DNA of 64,000 nucleotides from an uncultured candidatus Porisulfidus sp. (GTDB lineage Bacteria; Pseudomonadota; Gammaproteobacteria; Poriferisulfidales; Oxydemutatoraceae): NCBI GenBank assembly GCA_965200865.1, contig CBDAVG010000002.1, positions 2,130,712 to 2,194,711 of the forward strand, read 5' to 3'. Shown piece by piece: positions 58,102 to 64,000 of this stretch (position 1 is its first letter; each line of letters starts with the position of its first letter). The notes under the pieces were generated by a model. It saw only the letters and a program-made list of their open reading frames with translations, ran no database searches and was not told where the DNA came from. The position numbers and the translations under genes were made by a program.

Positions 58102-58814
58102 ATACCACGATGCTGCTTAGAATTTGCATAGTTATGATTGTTGCCGCGTGTATGGTCGCTTGTGGTCGTAGCGAAGAAATGTCAAGCAGCTATTTCCCGC
58201 TACAAGAAGGCTTGGAATGGAAGTATTGGGTTGTGAGTGAAACCCCCTATAAACGCAACGAGAGCGAACTACAAATCACTAACGCTGGACTTTGGGAATT
58301 GGGCAATCAGCAATATCACATCCGTAAAACGAATACCGGAAATTACTACTATATACAAGACCGCAACGACGGCATTGTGCGGTCATCAAAACGGACAATC
58401 GTTGAGCCTTCCCCTCGTTTTGGGATTGCTGAACGTTATGTAATCAAATATCCATTGCAAGCAGGAACGCAGTGGTCGTATAAAGCCAAGCCTTATCTAC
58501 TTGCTCGACATGCTCCTACCGCCAACGAGCTCAGAGAAATCGTTAAATATCAAATGGATTGGGAAATTGTGAGCAACGATGTAAAGCTATCGGTACCTGC
58601 AGGTGAGTTTGAAAATTGTCTTCATGTTCAAGGTAAAGCCTTGGTTGAAGTACCCCGAGCCTTGGGTGTTGCCACTGACCAAGTTTTGTTTGAAACCAAC
58701 GAGTGGTACGCACCGAATGTGGGGCTGGTAAAAGTCGTACATGAAGAAAAATCGTATTCTGACCAAGCATACGGTGGTTCCATAAGTTTGGTTTTAATGT
58801 CTTTTGAAAATTGA
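58098..58814 (+). CDS. lipoprotein, hypothetical
   Basis: lipobox 'MVAC'; 238 aa. Confidence 0.5.
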   Translation: MNTTMLLRICIVMIVAACMVACGRSEEMSSSYFPLQEGLEWKYWVVSETPYKRNESELQITNAGLWELGNQQYHIRKTNTGNYYYIQDRNDGIVRSSKRTIVEPSPRFGIAERYVIKYPLQAGTQWSYKAKPYLLARHAPTANELREIVKYQMDWEIVSNDVKLSVPAGEFENCLHVQGKALVEVPRALGVATDQVLFETNEWYAPNVGLVKVVHEEKSYSDQAYGGSISLVLMSFEN

Positions 58815-58825
58815 GAGGTTTAACT

Positions 58826-59548
58826 ATGAAAAAAACACTTTATCGTGTCGTAGTCTATACATTTTTGATGTTTGCTACGGCTTTCGTCACGCTTGCCAAT
58901 GCCGGCGATTTGAGTATTGAAAAAGCGAAGCAATATCTAGCAGGTTCTTTTCCTAACGCCGAGATTGACAGTCTAAAACCGGCAGCAATGCCTGGTGTCT
59001 ACGAGGTTGTCATCGAAGGGGGCGTTTATTATTTGACCGAAGATGGAAAATTTTTACTCGCCGGTTCGTTATACGACTTAGAAAATGGCAAAGACCTTAC
59101 CAAGCAGGCTAAGAATGAATTAAGGGGCAACATCGTCGCAATGCTTTCTGAACGAGAGGCGATTACTTACGCACCGGTGGAATATGAATACACAATCAAT
59201 GTGTTCAGTGATGTGGAATGTGCTTCGTGCCGTAATTTTCATAGCCAAATAGACCAAGTCAATGCGCTTGGCATACGAGTGCGCTATTTTATAACTCCGT
59301 TTCTTGGAGACACAGCATACCAGAAAGCGATTGGTGTTTGGTGTGCCGACGATCGCCCTGAGGCATTAGACAAAGCCAAACTGGGTATGGCTGTAGAGGA
59401 TAAACAATGCGACACTCCATTAGACGAGAATCTGCGCGTGGCAGAACTGCTCGGCATCAAAGGCACTCCTTCCTTTTTGCTTGAGAACGGTTCGTTACTA
59501 CAAGGTTATCGGACTCCCAAAGTGCTATTTGATGAAGTCAAAAAATAG
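58826..59548 (+). CDS. dsbC: thiol:disulfide interchange protein DsbC/DsbG family
   Basis: signal peptide; thioredoxin CxxC 'ECASC'; N-terminal dimerisation domain. Confidence 0.75.
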   Translation: MKKTLYRVVVYTFLMFATAFVTLANAGDLSIEKAKQYLAGSFPNAEIDSLKPAAMPGVYEVVIEGGVYYLTEDGKFLLAGSLYDLENGKDLTKQAKNELRGNIVAMLSEREAITYAPVEYEYTINVFSDVECASCRNFHSQIDQVNALGIRVRYFITPFLGDTAYQKAIGVWCADDRPEALDKAKLGMAVEDKQCDTPLDENLRVAELLGIKGTPSFLLENGSLLQGYRTPKVLFDEVKK

Positions 59549-59554
59549 AACCGC

Positions 59555-59700
59555 CGTTTGTTGCGGTTGCACAAACGGCGTAACATTGTGCAGAACCTTA
59601 ACATGGGTATGTAGGTCGGACAAGCTAAGGCTTGTCCTGAATGGTGGTTGTGGCGTGTCTGCACAAACCCAACCGCCATGCGCTACTTGTATGGTTTCCA
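59555..59700. repeat. hairpin 'ccgccgtttgttgcggttgcacaaacggcg' + 'taacattgtgcagaacc' module + 'caaccgccatgcgctacttgtatggtttccat' module
   Basis: same modules at 38060-38100 and 40220-40262. Confidence 0.6.
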
Positions 59701-59731
59701 TACATGAAATACTTTTCCAACAACCTCACAG

Positions 59732-60508
59732 GTGTTACATATGTCTTCCGTAGCCGCAACGACCATTAAAAAATTCCCGTTTATTCCGATTGCCTCAGTG
59801 GCAGGACTCATCACTATATGGTGGCTGGGTTCTTTGGGCTTGGGCAGAGAATCACTGCCGCTGCCAACGGACGTATTGGCAGAAATAACCCGGTACACTG
59901 AGAGTGGTGAATTGCTCGTTCATATCGGTATCACGCTATGGCGTGTGATTGCCAGCTTCACGCTTGCCATCTTCATAGGTATGACGATTGGGTTGTTAAT
60001 GGGGACTTCCATGAGAGCGAACGAAATACTCGATCCGTGGTTGTTGTTCTTCCTTAATCTACCAGCACTAGTCGTTATCATCCTTGCCTACATCTGGTTG
60101 GGATTGACCGAAGTCGCCGCAGTCCTCGCCGTTGCCGTCAACAAAATACCCAATGTTGTAGTGACCCTACGCGAAGGCGCGCGTGCTATGGATAGCGGTT
60201 TGCAAAATATGGCCTATGTGTTTCAGTTCAGCTGGTGGAAAAGGTTGCGCCATGTCGTCATACCACAGCTTGCACCCTATGTTGCTGCAGCGACACGCTC
60301 AGGTATCTCGTTGATATGGAAGATTGTACTGGTGGTTGAATTGCTAGGACGCAGCGATGGTGTAGGTTTTCAACTGCATCTGCAATTTCAATTATTCAAT
60401 ATTGCTGGGATTATGGCGTGGGGCTTAACCTTCGTCGTTATCATGCAATTCGTAGAGTTGTTTTTGGTGCAGCCCTTTGAACGATATGTCAACCGGTGGC
60501 GTAAATAA
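59732..60508 (+). CDS. ABC transporter permease (NitT/TauT/SsuC family)
   Basis: 258 aa; EAA-like loop region; ATGTCTGA overlap with ATPase. Confidence 0.7.
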   Translation: MLHMSSVAATTIKKFPFIPIASVAGLITIWWLGSLGLGRESLPLPTDVLAEITRYTESGELLVHIGITLWRVIASFTLAIFIGMTIGLLMGTSMRANEILDPWLLFFLNLPALVVIILAYIWLGLTEVAAVLAVAVNKIPNVVVTLREGARAMDSGLQNMAYVFQFSWWKRLRHVVIPQLAPYVAAATRSGISLIWKIVLVVELLGRSDGVGFQLHLQFQLFNIAGIMAWGLTFVVIMQFVELFLVQPFERYVNRWRK

Positions 60509-61245
60509 TGTCTGACCCGCTGCTTTCAGTCAAGGTGGATAAAAAGGATTTTATGCGCCATGATGGAAAACAAATTCAGGTGCTTAGGGATGTTGCGTTT
60601 ACCATTCCAGATCATGAACTAATCGTCATTACCGGTCCCTCAGGTTGCGGAAAAACAACACTGCTAAATCTTATCGCCGGACTCGATGCCGACTACCACG
60701 GACACATTGAACTACCGCCGCATCCCAAAGGCGAGTTACCGCTGTCCTATGTATTCCAGAAACCTTGCTTATTACCATGGCGTACACTAAAAGAAAACAT
60801 CATGCTGGCTTTGCCTTCGCCACAACACAGCGAAGCACAAGTTACATCGCTACTAGAAAAAATGGGCATAGCCGACGCTGCCGATAGCTATCCGAATGCG
60901 TTGTCTTTGGGTATGGCACGGCGCACCGCTTTGGCGCGCGCGTTTGCGGTGAAAGCTCCGCTGTTATTGATGGACGAAGCATTTTCGTCTATTGATGAAC
61001 TCACCTCACAGCGGTTGCGAGAATTGCTTTTGTCGCAACTGGAAGTCTCATCGCGTATCGTTATTTTCTTGACGCATAACCTGCGCGAAGCGTTGTTTTT
61101 GGGCGACCGGTTGCTGGTCATGTCTAAACGACCGTCCACCGTAGTTGCCGACCTATCGTTGCCCGGCAAGCGCGGGCGTCGGTCTACCGAAGTTGAGACA
61201 TTGCATAAAGAAATCCTAGACCAATTCCCGAACATACTCGGATGA
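60508..61245 (+). CDS. ABC transporter ATP-binding protein (SsuB/TauB-like)
   Basis: Walker A 'GPSGCGKTT', 'LSLGMARR' signature, 'LLMDEAFS' Walker B. Confidence 0.8.
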   Translation: MSDPLLSVKVDKKDFMRHDGKQIQVLRDVAFTIPDHELIVITGPSGCGKTTLLNLIAGLDADYHGHIELPPHPKGELPLSYVFQKPCLLPWRTLKENIMLALPSPQHSEAQVTSLLEKMGIADAADSYPNALSLGMARRTALARAFAVKAPLLLMDEAFSSIDELTSQRLRELLLSQLEVSSRIVIFLTHNLREALFLGDRLLVMSKRPSTVVADLSLPGKRGRRSTEVETLHKEILDQFPNILG

Positions 61246-61443
61246 TAAAAGCATTTTTATTGTATTGATAAATATAATTGTTTAGAGGTGTTGTTTTTTA
61301 GCAACACTTTTGTACCATTTTTGTAGCATTACATATTTATTTAACTTATACTACAGCGATTATCTAAACTTTTTTAGATATATTAGTGACTTATTTTTTA
61401 AGTCTTAGATTCTTACCAAAGTAATAACTCTCGGGAGGAGAAA

Positions 61444-62748
61444 ATGAAATATTTGAAAAAACTAACAGTAACCATGATTAGCTGTTTGATGTTTACCATT
61501 CCCACATCTGCATTTGCAGATGCATTTGAAGGTTTATCAATGATGCGCATGGGTGCATGGGAAGTTGACTTTAGCGGTAATGTGAATGCTTTTGCAACAA
61601 TAGGCGAATGTGACCCGCAAGCACCAGGCACTCTAGTCGCAGGCGGCTTAGCTTGTCTAGCAAACAGTAACGACGAAGACTACACTGATGTCAGAGATGG
61701 TTTGCTGCCGTCATGGTTCAACTTCACTGCTTCGACGGTCACCGATGGCGGCATCAAAACCTCTGTTCATCTCAGCTTTCAGCCTGGTACCAGCACTGGA
61801 AATGGTGCGCTAGGTAATAGAGATGGTGCGCTAGGTCAAAATGATGTCAACTTTCGTCAAGTCTTCTTGACGTTCGGCACCGAACAATGGGGCACAATCA
61901 AGCTGGGACGCGACCTAGGTGTCTATGGCAGCGATGCCATTCTGCAAGATATGACACTACTTGGTGTCGGATCTGGTGCGAATTTTGACGGTCACACCAC
62001 GCTAGGCCGTATTGGTGTCGGTTATATGTATGCCGACTGGAAATCCCAGGTCCAATATATATCACCGAACATGAACGGCTTTACTTTCACTGGTGCAATC
62101 GTTGATCCTTGGTCAGTGGGTTCGCTTGCCAATGGTGCCTTAGGTAACGACCAAACATATACTAGAAGCCCTGCAACGCAAGAAGATGATACCTTCGGTT
62201 TTGAAGCCAAACTCAACTACGACTATGCGGCGGGCGACACTTCGGTAAAATTCTGGGCAGGCTATATCCGCCAAGATTTAGATTTTTCGGACGGCAACAA
62301 TGCCGAAGCCGACGGCTATGAATTTGGTGTCAAGTGGGGTTATGGTAGCTTTGATGTCGTTGGTCATTATTACGACGGTGAAGGCATGGGTACCACCGGC
62401 TTCCTAGTGGACGGCTTGGATCCCAACGGTGATGAGCGCGACTCGGATGGGTTTTACATCCAAGGTCGCTACCGCTTGCCTACTGGTACCTTGCTGGGAG
62501 TCAGCTACGGCGAAAGTTCGCTGGACGAAACCGCCTATGACCTCGACCGGAGAACACCCGACCATGATGATTTTAATGCTGACTATCAATTAGTTGATAC
62601 CAACGAATCGATAATATTCGGTCTTTATCATCCGATAGGCGAAGCCTTAAACTTGGTGCTTGAATACACCGATACCGAAGCCGAATCGCATGCTGGTATC
62701 ACCAACGAGGAATCGACATTGGCAATTGGTGCCATCATGTTCTTTTAA
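61444..62748 (+). CDS. outer-membrane porin (beta-barrel, C-terminal Phe)
   Basis: signal peptide 'MKYLKKLTVTMISCLMFTIPTSAFA'; ends '...AIGAIMFF'; alternating beta-strand pattern. Confidence 0.65.
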   Translation: MKYLKKLTVTMISCLMFTIPTSAFADAFEGLSMMRMGAWEVDFSGNVNAFATIGECDPQAPGTLVAGGLACLANSNDEDYTDVRDGLLPSWFNFTASTVTDGGIKTSVHLSFQPGTSTGNGALGNRDGALGQNDVNFRQVFLTFGTEQWGTIKLGRDLGVYGSDAILQDMTLLGVGSGANFDGHTTLGRIGVGYMYADWKSQVQYISPNMNGFTFTGAIVDPWSVGSLANGALGNDQTYTRSPATQEDDTFGFEAKLNYDYAAGDTSVKFWAGYIRQDLDFSDGNNAEADGYEFGVKWGYGSFDVVGHYYDGEGMGTTGFLVDGLDPNGDERDSDGFYIQGRYRLPTGTLLGVSYGESSLDETAYDLDRRTPDHDDFNADYQLVDTNESIIFGLYHPIGEALNLVLEYTDTEAESHAGITNEESTLAIGAIMFF

Positions 62749-62780
62749 GTACAACAACATCCTTCATAAATACTCGTAAT

Positions 62781-62818
62781 GCTGTTGCCGGTTCTATTGC
62801 CGGCAACAGCTTTTTTTT
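62781..62818 (+). terminator. rho-independent terminator after porin gene
   Basis: 'gctgttgccggttctattgccggcaacagc' + 'tttttttt'. Confidence 0.75.
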
Positions 62819-62819
62819 C

Positions 62820-63470
62820 CACCCACAAAGTACCCTACATCCGTAGGGGCAGATTTATATATCCGCCCTAACGCGTTGTACTTGCACAACTGCAACCGCT
62901 TGCGCCATCAAATTTATGATAACCACCCAAACGCGTCATCCTTGTATAAATAATCCATTTATCCATAAAATTTATGCAACTGGTAGGGGAGGGCTAACAT
63001 GGGGCTGTTGAAAAAGTATTCCATACACCGTAGGGGCGGATTTATATATCCGCCCTAACGCGACGTACTTGCACGATTTATACATTCATCCATCAAATTT
63101 ATGCAAACCATAATCTTGTGGCGCAAAGCGGTTACGGTTTTGCAGGACGGTACCGTAGGGCGGATATGCAAATCCGCCCCTACCATTTTCTTAAATTCAA
63201 TGGCGCAAGCGGTTGGGTTCATGCGATGACGATACTTTTTCAACAGCCCCACATGCCCTCCCTTAAAGTACCGTTCTGCACAACTGCAACCGCTCTGCGC
63301 CACTTGGTTTTAGTTTCCATAAATTGGAGATGAATGAATGGATTGTTTGTGTAGACGCAGCGCGTTTTGGGAGGGCATGTTAGCCCTCCCCTACAGGTGG
63401 TTATTATAAATTCAATGGCACATAGTGGTTCAATTCGCACAGGAACAGTCCTTTTCCAAAAACCCCATAG
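62820..63470. repeat. MITE cluster including a complete MITE 63003..63250 flanked by ACAT, inserted in palindrome GGGAGGGCTAACAT|GCCCTCCC; hairpin B x3
   Basis: 'gggagggctaacat|ggggctgttgaaaaagta ... tactttttcaacagcccc|acatgccctccc'. Confidence 0.75.
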
Positions 63471-63489
63471 TTTAATGCTAAAATAGCGC

Positions 63490-64000
63490 AATGCTTTCTT
63501 ATTGCAAATTCTATAAAATCATTGCTTATGTATTGGTGATCTTTGCGATACCAATATGCACATATGCTCAAGTCGGACAATGGCAGGAGGGTGAGTTTGT
63601 CAAGCTCGTGGCACGCGACGGCAACCCTGAAATTAGTAATAACCACCCGCTTAAAATTAACCCGCAGACGCTTACCGAAATCCTTACCGAAATAAAAATT
63701 CTGCCTAAAAAACCATCGGACGACGACTCACCAGAGCCGTTGTTCTCAAAATCAAAAGCCGAATCCCTGGGCATCAAACTGAATGAAGCCTTTAGAGAAG
63801 CACGTCCCGACCAAGACATCGCCTTTCAGGTAATGGAATTATCGTCGTTGCTCGGCAAACTTGTCAAAAAACCAGCTTATACCACTGGCCGTATATTCTG
63901 GAGAAATAAACAGTTGCAAATAGTCTTCGGGTCTATACGACGGGGCGTCGCCAAGCGCAAACTCCTAGGACAAGATACCGGATTTATCAATCCACCACAG
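63490..64000 (+). CDS. secreted hypothetical protein (5' part; continues beyond window)
   Basis: open frame to window end; signal peptide 'MLSYCKFYKIIAYVLVIFAIPICTYAQ'. Confidence 0.45.

Overview
64 kb window from a Sox-type sulfur-oxidising, Gram-negative (probably gammaproteobacterial) genome that is saturated with small hairpin and MITE-like repeats in nearly every intergenic gap. The core genes run: gshB-ruvX-pyrR-pyrF; two tandem secreted kexin-like S8 proteases, one with a C-terminal LRR array; yggS, pyrK-like, pyrC' (non-catalytic) and pyrB; soxXYZA-(small periplasmic)-soxB with a DUF336 protein and a tandem-thioredoxin protein; tgt, queA, dnaX and an SRP RNA; hdc with an ACT protein; mazG; a fused SoxY-SoxZ carrier; a Tat-exported HDAC; two duplicated OFA-type MFS transporters flanking a cytochrome c; a gamma-CA; a pedABC-like ABC/beta-propeller cassette; a MotA/ExbB-like five-gene operon ending in dsbC; an ABC importer; and a porin. 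The accessory part is an island at about 16.2-25.4 kb. It holds two type IV restriction genes, an EVE-Mrr fusion and a GmrSD (DUF262/DUF1524) protein. The GmrSD gene sits as a low-GC cassette inside a dnaQ-like exonuclease gene whose promoter and 5' end are duplicated on either side. The island also holds an IS1182-family IS copy, a decayed IS1595 element, an XhlA-like tail-anchored protein, and a dCTP-deaminase-fold protein that has lost the catalytic Glu and is fused to an XhlA-like membrane anchor. Two copies of the same IS1182-family element (1010..2824 and 20648..22297) are each inserted, with 4-bp ATGT target duplications, into the centre of a genome-wide palindrome GGGAGGGCATGTTAGCCCTCCC. 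Dozens of MITEs share the 18-bp TIR of that IS. The IS transposase gene carries a 171-bp tandem-repeat copy-number difference (3 vs 2 units).
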